Below, in pieces: positions 41,968 to 54,138 of a stretch of 64,000 bases of DNA (its first letter is position 1; every line of letters begins with the position of its first letter). Under the pieces are notes generated by a model, which did no database searches, was not told where the DNA came from, and was given only the letters and a program-made list of their open reading frames with translations. The stretch comes from Paraspadella gotoi (lineage: Eukaryota; Animalia; Chaetognatha), in assembly GCA_051294375.1 (NCBI GenBank), contig CM119263.1, positions 16,967,114 to 17,031,113 of the forward strand, written 5' to 3'. A program made the translations under genes and the position numbers.

Positions 41968-42720
41968 GGAGACGATAAAGTTACCAGCATTGACCGATTT
42001 GTGACCTCACGAGTCACGAATATGCTTTAAAACGCGCATCTTCCATGGCGTCTTCAATTCCCAACGATCGATAAATTGACTGACTGACTGAAACATTTTT
42101 CCTCCAAACCTCCAAACATTTGTCTCTTTAACGGATGCGTCGCCGCTCGCAATTGGGGGATAAGTTGCCCCGTGAATTATGTGAGAGGTGAATTTCTCCC
42201 GAGTAAAGTTGGGAAACGCGGGCGAAAAGGTGAAGAGTTTTATGAATTATAGCTGGAATGAGGGGGGCGGTTTGGAAAAAAAAAAAAAGAGGTGAGAGAC
42301 GATAAAGTTACCAGCATTGACCGATTTGTGACCTACGAGTCACGAATATGCTTTAAAACGCGCATCTTCCATGGCGTCTTCAATCCCAACGATCGATAAA
42401 TTGACTGACTGACTGAAACATTTTTCCTCCAAACCTCCAAACATTTGTCTCTTTAACGGATGCGTCGCCGCTCGCAATGGGGATAAGTTGCCCCGTGAAT
42501 TATGTGAAGAGGTGAATTTCTTCCCGAGTAAAGTTGGGAAACGCGGGCGAAAAGGTGAAAGTTTTATGAATTATAGCTGGAATAGGGGGGCGGTTTGGGG
42601 GGGAGTGATAAAGACGAGGATGTCACGTGGTTCGACCGATGAATCNNNNNNNNNNNNNNNNNNNNNNNNNGGAGTGGAGTGATAAAGACGAGGATGTCAC
42701 GTGGGTTCGACCGATGAATC
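41958..42720 (+). repeat. ~320-bp tandem duplication plus a 45-bp overlap across the gap at 42646-42670
   Basis: 41958-42275 matches 42284-42598; 42602-42645 matches 42676-42720. Confidence 0.9.
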
Positions 42721-43755
42721 GGCGGGAAAAGAGAAGGTTAAAAGGAAAATGGGAGGAAGAGAAGAAAAGGTGAAAGGAAGAGAGTGAAAGGTCGAGAAAG
42801 GAAGATAAAAGGCGAGATCTATCATCGCTTCCTCGGCGAGAAAGGAAGAGGAAGAATTAAAAGGATGGTCGGAATGTGAGATTAAAAAGGAGAAAATGTG
42901 AAAGAGAAAGAGAAGAGGATCTCTGAAATTAGGGAAGAGGCGAAATAAGGATCGAGAAAGCCCGGAGTCAAGTTTGATCGAATCAATACAAGAATAAACC
43001 ATTCAATATTCAAGATATTGATAGCAAAAAGTAGCAAAAATTAAATAATTTTAAAAATGCATTCATCCAAAAAAGGGGGTCAGAGCATGAACGCGGAGTG
43101 ACATATTATGAATTATGCGAGAGAGAAGCCAAGTCACATTTTTAAGGAGGTTGAAACAATTCACGTTCATTCCATCCTCGAACGGAATCCATCAGTTTTC
43201 ACCGAAATGAAAAATAGTATAAATCTAGAGTTAATCTAAAACAATTTTGACTTTTATCGTTTCTTTTTATTCGAAAAAAAAAATATTCGGAAGAGTAAAA
43301 TTTCAGAGAATAAAAAAAAAAACCCCACTCGTTCTCACCTTTAGGATTCTCCCAAATAGAGCCTCACTCACTTTTTTTCCCTTAATTTAGTCACGCAAGT
43401 TTCTTCCCCTCGCTAAGTTCGTATAATTTGGTCATTTCTCTTCATCCTTTTTTTTTTTCCTTCTCATTCCTCAACCGCTAAAATATCACATTCAAGGACT
43501 GGATTTCATTCTCATTTTTGTCTTTCCTTTCTACTCATCTCTATCCTCTATTTCTATTCGAACTTTCTTTCTTCTTCCTTTCTTTTCCTCTCATCCCTTT
43601 CTCCATCCTCCTTAATTGTTCTCTCCCCCCCCCCCCCGCCCCCCTCAATCGCCCTGAGGGATAGGCCCGAAACAAGAAAATCCAGGGCGAAGAAAAATCA
43701 AAAGAAAAAACTGAAAAATCAAAGCAAATCTTAATCTCAATCTTGTCTCTTCTCT

Positions 43756-43801
<46 letters not shown>

Positions 43802-45315
43802 CCCTCTCTCTTCTCGTTGAAATGATTTATAATTTTTTGCCTTTAAATTTTTTCTGAGAGGATGCCTGCCGCCTTTTTTTTATTCTTTTATGTTGTGTGC
43901 GAGGAGAAAGAGAGAGAGGAGAGGGGGGAGGGCGGATAACGACATTTTCTTGCAAATATGGTGGAAATAAAAGATATGCAAAAAAGTTGATTGTGATTTA
44001 TTGAATATTTTTTTCATTGTTTCTTAAGGTTAGAATTCAAAATATCCCCACTCCCCTCTCTAGAATCTACATAATAATAGGAAATCGCGGTCGGATCAAG
44101 CGACGTACACGGAACAAAATATCTCAGCCCTCAACGACGCGGAGTTGCAGAAAGCCGGGATAAACCGTACGATCAGAGAGTAACGAAAAGCCACATACAA
44201 TAAATCACATGCCTCTGAAATTAAAACAGTTTGTTTATTTGTAGAATATTCAATGTAACAAGGGACATCATTAATCGTCTCTAGGCGGGAAAAGAGAAGG
44301 TTAAAAGGAAAAATGGGAGGAAGAGAAGAAAAGGTGAAAGGAAGAGAGTGAAAGGTCGAGAAAGGAAGATAAAAGGCGAGTCTATCATCGCTTCCTTCGG
44401 CGAGAAAGGAAGAGGGAAGAATTAAAAGGATGGTCGGAATGTGAGATTAAAAAGGGAGAAAAGTGAAAGAGAAAGAGAAGAGGATCTCTGAAATTAGGGA
44501 AGAGGCGAAATAAGGATCGAGAAAGCCCGGGAGTCAAGTTTGATCGAATCAATACAAGAATAAACCATTCAATATTCAAGATATTGATAGCAAAAGTAGC
44601 AAAAATTAAATAATTTTAAAAATGCATTCATCCAAAAAAGGGGGTCAGAGCATGAACGGCGGAGTGACATATTATGAATTATGCGAGAGAGAAGCCAAGT
44701 CACATTTTTAAGGAGGTGAAACAATTCACGTTTCATTCCATCCTCGAACGGAATCCATCAGTTTTCCACGAAATGAAAAATAGTATAATTCTAGAGTTAA
44801 TCTAAAACAATTTTGACTTTTATCGTTCTCTTTTTATTCGAAAAAAAAATATTCGGAAGTAAAATTTCAGAGAGATAAAAAAAAAACCCCACTCGTTCTC
44901 ACCTTTTTAGGATTCTCCAAATAGAGCCTCACTCACTTTTTTTTCCCTTAATTTAGTCACGCAAGTTTCTTCCCCTCGCTAAGTTCGTATAATTTGGTCA
45001 TTTCTCTTCATCCTTTTTTTTTTCCTTCTCATTCCTCAACCGTAAAATATCACATTCAAGGACTGGATTTCATTCTCATTTTTTGTCTTTCCTTTTCTAC
45101 TCATCTCTATCCTCTATTTCTATTCGAACTTTCTTTCTTCTTTCCTTTCTTTTCCTCTCATCCCTTTCTCCATCCTCCTTAATTTCGTTCTCGTCCGGCG
45201 CGCCACCCGCGCCCCTCAATCGCCCTGAGGGATAGGCCGAAACAGAAAATCCAGGGCGGAAGAAAAATCAAAAGAAAACTGAAAAATCAAAGCAAATCTT
45301 AGTCTCAATCTTGCC

Positions 45316-45363
<48 letters not shown>

Positions 45364-45646
45364 CTCTCCTCTCTCTCTCTCTCTCTGTTGAAATGATTTA
45401 TAATTTTTTGCCTTTAAATTTTTTTCTGAGAGGATGCCTGCCGCTTTTTTTTATTCTTTTATGTGTGTGCGAGAGAAAGAGAGAGAGAGAGGGGGGAGGC
45501 GGATAACGACATTTTCTTGCAAATATGGTGGAAATAAAAGATATGCAAAAAAGTTGATTGGATTTATTGAATATTTTTTTCATTGTTTCGTTAAGGTTAG
45601 AATTTCAAAGATTCCCCACTCCCCTCTCTAGAATCTACATAATAAT
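42721..45646 (+). repeat. 1.36-kb direct repeat pair (42721-44077, 44284-45646) separated by a ~205-bp unique spacer
   Basis: Both copies run from ggcgggaaaagagaagg to ctctagaatctacataataat, with indel-type differences. Confidence 0.92.
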
Positions 45647-46036
45647 TTGATTAAAAACGAGTAAAATTTATAATCTAACAGCAAACCTTGAATTTTTTAG
45701 TACCTGAACATTTGAGTCTATGTATTTTTCTTGGATAAACGCAACTACTACCAAAGCATCTTTATTTCCTTTTCTCTCCAGTTCCTGAGCCACGAGTGTA
45801 ATATACATATTACATAATGTATATAATATATATATATATATATAATGTATCTGGGTTCCGTCGTAATGTCGGGAAAAAAATTAGGGGGAAGGAGAGAATG
45901 AAGTGAAGAGAGAGAATGCGAGAGAGAAAGAGAGAGACCGCGTCACAAACTATACAACTCCAGCTTTTCCCCGCTCCGTTTCTTTTCTCTTCCTCGTTCT
46001 CTCTCTTTTATCGCTTTCTTCCGGTGAAATTCACAA

Positions 46037-46151
<115 letters not shown>

Positions 46152-46169
46152 AAATAGCCAAAGTCTAGA

Positions 46170-46640
46170 GAAATTGAGTCAATACTGACGTTGACATTTA
46201 GTAGTGAGGTTGACATAGGGACAAAAATGGAATCTGTTCAAGAAAGTGATTATTATATGGGAGATGAAAGATGAGTGATGAGAGATATAAGATGAAATAT
46301 TTAAAGTATAAGAAATATCAGAAAAAACGAAGATTATGAGAAAGAATGACAAGCAAAATGCTAAACTCGTAAAAATGGCGATAATCAGTTTTCAGGAAAA
46401 AACATTACTCTAATGAAAATAAGACGAAAAAAAAATTAAGTTGCTTTCAGAGGAAATGCAAGGAAAGAATTTGAACGTGGCCATGAATGAAAGGACGAAG
46501 GAATGACTAGAGTGATCATCAGTGTGAAAAATTGGGAGAAATAATTAAAGTTAATAGCAGAAAATAACTAAAAGGAGATACTTGCACTGTGTGAGAGTTA
46601 GAGGTATGTATGAGGCCAGTAAAAGTATTAATCGTGTAAC
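46170..46640 (+). mobile_element. Possible ancient RTE-clade LINE reverse-transcriptase/3' fragment
   Basis: Fragments LTFSSEVDI..RYKMK..EKTKIMR..VAF..ELEV occur in the order of the RTE motifs LRFADDI..YGMKIN..KTKxM..AF..LEAFE, but are heavily decayed. Confidence 0.3.
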
Positions 46641-47464
46641 TTACAGCGCATGAAAATGTAATATACTACAAATATAGAGATGCGAAAAAAACCCATCAGT
46701 AAATCATCTCCTTTTCCTCGCGGTTAATCCTGGGCCGGGGCCTTTCACCGCTTATCCCAAACTTCTCAGGTTTTCGCTTCGCCAACCCTCACCTTTAACT
46801 CGTGAGGAAAACTCGTGTCCTTTACTCACCTTTTGATTCGACACAAGGAAACTTACGTTTTCGCCTCATTTTCAACTCACGTTTAATTCTTTGTCCCTAC
46901 TCGCCTTTTCACAATCCAAAAAAACTCGTACTATGCCCTAACAATTCCTATGAAATTGATACGACCAATGTAAAATTATCCATACATTCAATCCTCGGTT
47001 ATTTATTAAAGAAAAAGACGAATTCTTAGAACGAAAGATGTACTAATGTACTTTGAATTCGAAGAACTTCCCATTCTCTCGTCTCAGCACTTAAAAGCGA
47101 TTCTTATCTTACTCTCTCTTTTCGTTTAAAACACACATTTTTTTTTTCACACGTTTCAAATTTGTAAAATTTCTTTCGTGTCAAATGTTGTCAACGGGTT
47201 TTCTCCTTCGAAAAGAAGAAGAATAAACTAAGCGGCTTCACTTGGAGACATTCCAATCGAATTCCAACCTCTTGTTAGAAAGTTGATTGTCTCTCCCTCG
47301 TACCACCAGTCTTCGCTCGGTTTTTTTTTTCTGTCTCAAACTTTCATTCGGGGAGAAATAGTGAGATTGAGAGAGAGAGAATAGGGGGAAGAGTAAAAGA
47401 GAATGTGAAGGACGTTGGAATTGTCTGAGATTTTCCTATCTCGATTTGTGGGGGATCAGGCTGC

Positions 47465-47575
47465 CAGGTCACGTGGTCTCAAAGGCGTCTTGCGATTGGT
47501 TTAAATTTCGCGGATGAGCGGCCAATGGGAAACGGAGGTGGAAAGGCGATATGGCGCGTGAGCGGATTGGGGTTT
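47465..47575. promoter_or_regulatory. Candidate promoter-proximal cluster: E-box plus three CCAAT boxes
   Basis: gtcacgtgg (~47468), gattggt (~47494), gccaat (47521) and gattgg (~47565) within ~100 bp; no linked transcript identified. Confidence 0.3.
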
Positions 47576-47851
47576 TAATAGGAAAGAGAAAGACATGAAG
47601 AAAAGGAAAGGAATATAAAAAAGACGGAAGGGAATTAGAGGGGAAAAATGGCAGGTAAAAATATTTATTTAGAGAAAATTATTTGGTGGAATCGTGAAAC
47701 AGTTATATATAAATCTAAAATTAGAAACAGAAGAGAAAACCAAGAGATCTACCAAAATAAAAAATAAAGAAGAGAAGACCGAGATAGAGCTCGTGACAAA
47801 GACCTCATAGAAAAAGGACATGATGACAAGAATCAAATAACCAGGAAGAGT

Positions 47852-47917
<66 letters not shown>

Positions 47918-48016
47918 TGGAAAGATGGAAAAAGAAATCCAGGAGCTCCGGCGAAGCGTGGCATCGAGAACTCTGATGTTTGAATTACCTCCTTTTTTTT
48001 CCCTCTACTCTTCAGG

Positions 48017-48061
48017 GATGGCATCTGATGGCATCTGATGGCATCTGATGGCGTCTGATGG
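48017..48061. repeat. (GGCATCTGAT)x4 minisatellite
   Basis: gatggcatctgatggcatctgatggcatctgatggcgtctgatg. Confidence 0.93.
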
Positions 48062-48382
48062 ATTTCAAATTGGCAAACCGAGAAAAAAAAATCAAAAAGG
48101 GTGATTTTCTGCTCGACGCTGTAAACTGTTGCTGAAAGCTGTGGTCGTCGTCGTCGTCGTCGTCGTCGTCTTTGTTTCGCCTGTTCTTGCCCCAAGTCTT
48201 GATCGTCATCGTAAAAAAAAGTTAGGTCATACCCTCCCCATCAAAAAACGCATTTAAATCTGGTTCCATGTTGACTGACGCAAACCTCAATAAAACCCTC
48301 GCTGCGTTAAACGCAAAACGAAAACCAGAAAAAATGAGGGAAAAGTGAGAAACTAGTAAAAGGAAAAAAAAAGGAAAATACT

Positions 48383-48627
48383 GTGGCGGTGTATTCACAC
48401 GTCCACAATCAGTCAGCCAAATCGATTGGCTAAGAAGTGGAACACACCATCCCAGGCTTAGTGTTCCATCCACAGTCCTAACAACTTCCCTCTGAATTGG
48501 CAAAGCGAGCCCGTCCTAGGGTAACCGCGCCAGTGACTGGAGGCGTCACTGAGGGTCGGAAGCCCCCAAAGCCAACAGTGAGATGCCCCATCCCAAGGGG
48601 TATCACAGGCAACCCGGCTGTTGCAAT
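48383..48627 (+). mobile_element. 245-bp hairpin-rich insertion with candidate 6-bp TSD (AATACT); retrozyme/SINE-like
   Basis: AATACT at 48377-82 and 48628-33. The block is GC-rich within A-rich flanks. Hairpins: TGTGG/CCACA, AGCCAA/TTGGCT, TGGAACAC/GTGTTCCA, CAGTGAC/GTCACTG, GATGCCCC/GGGGTATC, GCAAC/GTTGC. Confidence 0.6.
48497..48575 (+). ncRNA. Twister-ribozyme-like motif, type-P5 permutation (possibly degenerate)
   Basis: UUGGC-AAA-GCGA-GC-CCGU-CCUAGG-G-UAA-CCGC-GC-[CAGUGAC/GUCACUG]-AGGG-UCGG-AA-GC-CCCC-AAA-GCCAA follows the twister order P5, P2', G, T1', P1, UAA, P2, T2, P3, P4, T1, AA, T2', P4', P5'. Confidence 0.62.
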
Positions 48628-50448
48628 AATACTTTTAAATTATACTCAGTTTTACTCACTGCAAGGCAAATGTGAACAAGGAAAATCTTTTAAAAATATT
48701 GAGAGTTAAAAAAGGGTTGAAAAAAATTTACAGATTTGAAAAACAATTTTAAAGAAAAAAAAATTTCGATACTTCGTCGCAGGCGTCGCTGCGTAAACGG
48801 CCTGACATCCGCCAACGTCATTTCCGCACACCTCGTTGTTGTTGTTGTTGTCATGAAGCGGAAAGCGAAGACTTCACCAGATAATTTTTTTTATTTACTC
48901 CACCGCGTTTCCTTCCACTATCGGCGCTTCAGTCGCTCGCTGCTCAAACCCGGAAGAATTTCGACATTTACGGCGCGAATTTCGCCGCCGGCGCCGATTT
49001 CCGCATTTGGATTTATTCCCGGCGTCCTATCCGGCCTCATTTCCGGCGTCTTTTTTCCGGCCTCCTTTTTTTTGGCGCTATTTCCGGCGATATACATCCG
49101 TTGGCAGCGGCGAGCGGCGCCAACGTCACTTCCCGTCTCGCGACGCCGAATGTCCGACGTTGATGGGAGGGCGACGCCGTCGGGAAAAGGTGGCGCGGAT
49201 GGCGCGCTTATTTGTCGACCGACGTCAAAAAAGTCAGGAGGGAAAAAGACGGCAGGAGGTGGGGTGGGAGAATGGTACGAGGAATGTGGGTGGCGAGTGT
49301 GAAACCTTTCAGAAAAAAGCGGGCGCCAAAGGGAGAGGCTGGTTAAGACGTTGCCAATGAGAAAAGCTCACTCTCGTGACGTGAGTGTGAGGAGTGATAA
49401 TGGTCATTGGTCAAGGGCCCTGGACGTTGCCAAGATCAAGAAGAAGAAGGTTTGATGAGTCATGCCGAAAATCCTTTCGCCGTCCCGATCTCCCGGTGGG
49501 CGTGGCAGAGGAAATAGGGTCAATGAAAAAGGGGAGGAAACTTCCGGTTTGGGTCATCAAAGCAGCGGGAGGGAGATTCGACCAGAGTTTGGAGAGGGAG
49601 GTGAGAGGTCGCGGAGAGAACAGTAACAGAATCCATAGATTGACGGGGATATTTATTTCCCCGCGACTGAACAAGATTAAGACTAAAGATGTAAGTGCAA
49701 TCAATTTGGGCGAACGACCTGGTATAATTTGTTATGCATACGTTCGATGTGAATTAAGTATCAAGGAACACCGACGTGAGTGGCTGCCAATGAAAGTCGT
49801 TTCTTTCACTGTCTTACGAAATATCCGATCGTTTCCATATTTCTCGCGGCAGTCGCGAGGGTCGTTGACATTTCAGCCAGTCGGAAAAAGCATAAATGAC
49901 GTAATAAAGTCATGAAAAAAAATATCAGGCAAAAAGAGCTATCGCCCCGTCTTTAATCTGCATTATATAAATACTTAAAAAGAGGCGCCTCTAAAAAAAA
50001 AGGATTCTTCGGTGCCCCAAACTTCCGGCAGATGGAAGCGTTTAACCTTTCGCCGTCCGATATCTTCGACTATCATTGCCCGCTCTCTGGCACCCGCCGC
50101 CGTCAATCAGTGGGTCATCGCCGCCATAAAACTCGGGACGATTGCTCTTTTGTTGAGTTTGTTGGAGGAGGAAGAGGGAAGATGAGGAAGAAGGATTTCG
50201 AAGGAAAAAGGAAATCATGAAGAGTTCTCTGCTCGAATCTTGTGTTCATGGGAAAGTTTAATTACAATTATTTCCCTATCAGTAGAAAAGGATAAGAAAA
50301 TGAAAAAAAGGATTTTTGGCCCGATAAACCTATCTCTGTCTCATTGAAAGTTACATTTACGGTATCTTATATTTATTTAAATTATAATTATAATTATTTT
50401 TATAGTTATAATTATTATTTTTAACACTTTTTTTCCCCCTCTTTTCTT

Positions 50449-50541
<93 letters not shown>

Positions 50542-53500
50542 GACACTCGTTTTTCACGGTCATAGACCCCGAGTTTAATTCGAATCAACGACTCACGGCT
50601 CAGCAAATGTTGCGAGTCACCGCCAGCGAGAGAGCCAAAAATTACTCCAAATCAATTGGCTCGAACGAATACCATTGGTGACTCCATCGGGGCCAAAATC
50701 GATGCTCAATGATGGAAATTGACGTTTCGATCAAGACGGCGATAATCGTGGAACCGCGGTTTTATTCACGAGCCATGACGTTTGTTAAACCAATTCAGGA
50801 CATAGCAACAGTTTCCTGAGTCACTTCATGTAGATGCAGTCACCGAAACCGCCGCCGCCNNNNNNNNNNCCGCCGCCGCCTTCTTCCTCGCTTCAAGGCC
50901 TAATTCCCTCCTTTTATCGTCTCGAGCGGAGGGATCGGAATTTATGGGGAAAACTTGATCCTCGCCGAACCGGTGACAGGAATGGGATAGGAGATTGAGG
51001 GATCGGGGATGGAATCGGGGATGGAATCGGGGATTGACATGGATGAAAGATCAATACGAGACGAAGACGAATTCTAAGAACCAGGGTACCAAAAAAAAAA
51101 AAAAATAAATGAAAACAAACAAAATAAAAAAAAACATAAAACAAACGAAGCAAAACAAAAAAGGTTGGTAAAGGTCAACGACGATCTCCGTGAGTAAAAA
51201 AAACCCGCGACAATAAAAGGCGACGATGACGACGTCGAAGACGAAGAAGACGACGACCACGACGACTTCCGTAAGACGGTGGAGCGAGCGGAAGTGGGCA
51301 GGGACAGCTGTCGTTGACGCGATAATGCCGGCGGAAGGAGGCGACGCTGAGTTATTTTTAGAAACTAATTTTCGAGTCAAATATACAAACTCTGTCGTCG
51401 GGAGCATTTTTTTTTTCCGGCCAGGACCAAAATGTGGGAAAGGAACGAAAAAGAGGGGGGGGGGAAAGGAAAGCCAATTCGAGTCTTCGAATGGAGGACG
51501 AGATGGCCGCTCGAGAATGTTCGCCAATCATCGGTGAATCATCTTCTTGATTTAAAAAGCCGCCGAGGCTGATGAGGAGTTGATTCTTAATTAATTGAGT
51601 TTTATTATCGGAGATCGTCAGGGGGGGGGTTATGGAAATTTTGGCTCTTTACGTCTGATCGTGGAAATCTACAATAGGTGATATGTATCTTTTTGTAACT
51701 ATTTGTCGATGGTAATTGGCACAGAAACTATTGTAGTCTGTAGGTTTGTCTTTTCTTTGTTTACTATAACGAAACTAAATAGTAATGAACATTTTAAAGA
51801 AAGAAAATACATACATAAGAAAGAAGGGCTAACAAAAAGATCGAAAGGGAAAAAAAATTGGCGGGAAGGGGTTGAAATAAAGGATGAAGCGCGAGAGAGA
51901 GAGAGAGAGAAAAAAAAAGATGAGATGAAAGATGAGATGAGTTGAGAGGAAGAGCCGAGGAGAGTGGCCGGCCGCTCCTCGTTGGCCAAACACTATTACC
52001 AACATTTTATCGCCCATGACGTCGATGATGACGACGACGACGACGGAGACGACGGCGACGACGTCGATAACGACGATGAACGACGCTGACTGCTCCTCAA
52101 TGTTTTTCGAGGTTCCTGTCTGTCAAAGGAACGAGCCTTCTGTGATAGACAAGAAATTGGTAGGGAGCAGAGAATCAGGAAGAAGGGGTGGGGAATGGGG
52201 GTGGGGGGTAGAGGGGCCGAGGATGGAAGAAGGAACGCTTCCAGAACACGACCGAGAAATCGATATGAAATGGAATGAAGGAAGGCGGCTCGCTCTCACT
52301 CTCTTTTTTTCTTCTTCTTCTTTTTTTCTTTCCTTCTTTCTTTTTATTTTTTTCTCTGACACATTCGTTTTCGATATCATTAACAAAATTGGCATCATTC
52401 TGTGCAATTATTCCATCGACTGACCGATGTCGAGATATCAAGAACAATATTTTACATCGTAAGGCCTGGGGGATTATTCCGCTTATATTCGTTGTGTATC
52501 GTTATCCAAAACTATTCAAGTTACTTTCGATTCGGATGTCAACTTCTGAGATTATCCTCCGTAGTCCATACAGTTCGTATTTGATTTTTTTCCCCATTTT
52601 CTTAGTCACATCCGATATCCACTTTTCTTCCGAGTTATCAATTTCTCTTACGTTTCCGCGTCCACGTTTCCTCCATTATTTTTTGATATCAACATTTTCC
52701 TCCGCCCACTTTTCCCGCGTTATCAACGACTCAAGATTCCTCTTCCATTTTTTTCCCCGGGTATTTTTCCACCTCCCCCCCGCCCTCTCCACCTTGTCGC
52801 CCTCTGTCCATTAAAAAAAGGATTTTATCCAACTTCTCGAAAATGACTTGTATTTTCCCGGTCGCCATTTTCCTTCCTTACCTTCGTCGTCGTCGTACCC
52901 GCTGGTTCTTCTTATCCGATACAAACCTCCCCCACCCTTTTTTCAACCACGCACACGCGCACCCGGTTATCAAGACCTCTCATGTTTGACTCGCGGTTTT
53001 CCTCACATTTTATGGCTGATTAACTCGAGCCTTCAAAACGTTGGAGCGAGGAAGATGTCAAGAAGGCAGCGCCTCCCATATTAGGAAGTCGAGAAGGAAA
53101 TGGTACGGAATTGAAAGAGACGGAACCGATGGGGTGAGAGTTTCTGCGCACGCGTGCGCGTCAGCGTGCTCCCGAGGCGCGTGCGAGCGTTTTATTTCGT
53201 GCACCGGGGTTTTTTTTCGGTAGTCGCTTTTTTTTTGGTCGGACTTTCGGTGGGAATATTGCATTGAAAGTAGATGATTTATATAAAAGAAGATTAGGAG
53301 AATTTCCAATTGTGATAAGGCTTGAGTTGCACACGACCCGTACTGTGATACATAAACATTTCAAAAATTACTTTCCATATCATTTCTTTTTCACGAAACT
53401 TTGGTGCGAATTTTACGTTTTTACTAAGTTTTTAAAAAAACAAACTTAAAAAAAATTTCTTTTTTTCGTGTTTTTTTTTCGTTCTCCGCCCTCTGGTTTT

Positions 53501-53929
53501 TCGTCGTAACTTGCCTGTCGTTAACTCCAAAGTGTGAAAAAAATTTATGACACGTATCTACTCCGTAATAAATATTGGCTCGTCGCTCTCTCGTAAAACT
53601 GCGACGCTTTTCTCGGTGGTTACTGGCCTGGAACGAGGGTTCTGACGTGATTGAAGAACAAGATGGAACGTTATACAGAATTAAATTAAATTAATCTTAT
53701 TGCATGTATATTACCGCATCGTTCCTACGATTGAGTCAAAAAATAGAACGTGAAAACATTTATTTTATATTAACCCCTCACCCTCAACTTCTAAATTGAG
53801 TTTCGTCTCAAGTATCACATTTAAAATAAATGTGAAATAAATGTACTCCTCAATTTCTTTCTCTCTCTTTCTGATTCCCAAGTGAATGGCCGACGCAAGG
53901 ATGGCACGATCCTCCGCGCCCTCTGCAAG

Positions 53930-53972
<43 letters not shown>

Positions 53973-54086
53973 GAGACAGTGAGCACGACTTGACCCTATC
54001 CGACTGCATAAAAGCGCTCATCCATCCCCGATCTCCAGTGGCCTCTGACGATTTACCGGCAGGTCAAAGAAAACTCGATCGGTGAG

Positions 54087-54138
<52 letters not shown>

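Noticed and set aside
48576-48595. Type-P1 twister alternative using downstream GUGA-GA-UG-CCC
   Set aside because: It keeps GA and could pair P1, but cannot form T1 with UCGG; the upstream P5 register fits better
48382-48625. Solo LTR reading (TG...CA ends)
   Set aside because: The flanks at those ends (aatac / ataat) do not form a TSD; disfavoured but not fully excluded
53585-53645. miR-193-like tactggcctg (also miR-210-like ttgtgcgtg at ~38409)
   Set aside because: Seed-only matches with no proper precursor hairpin
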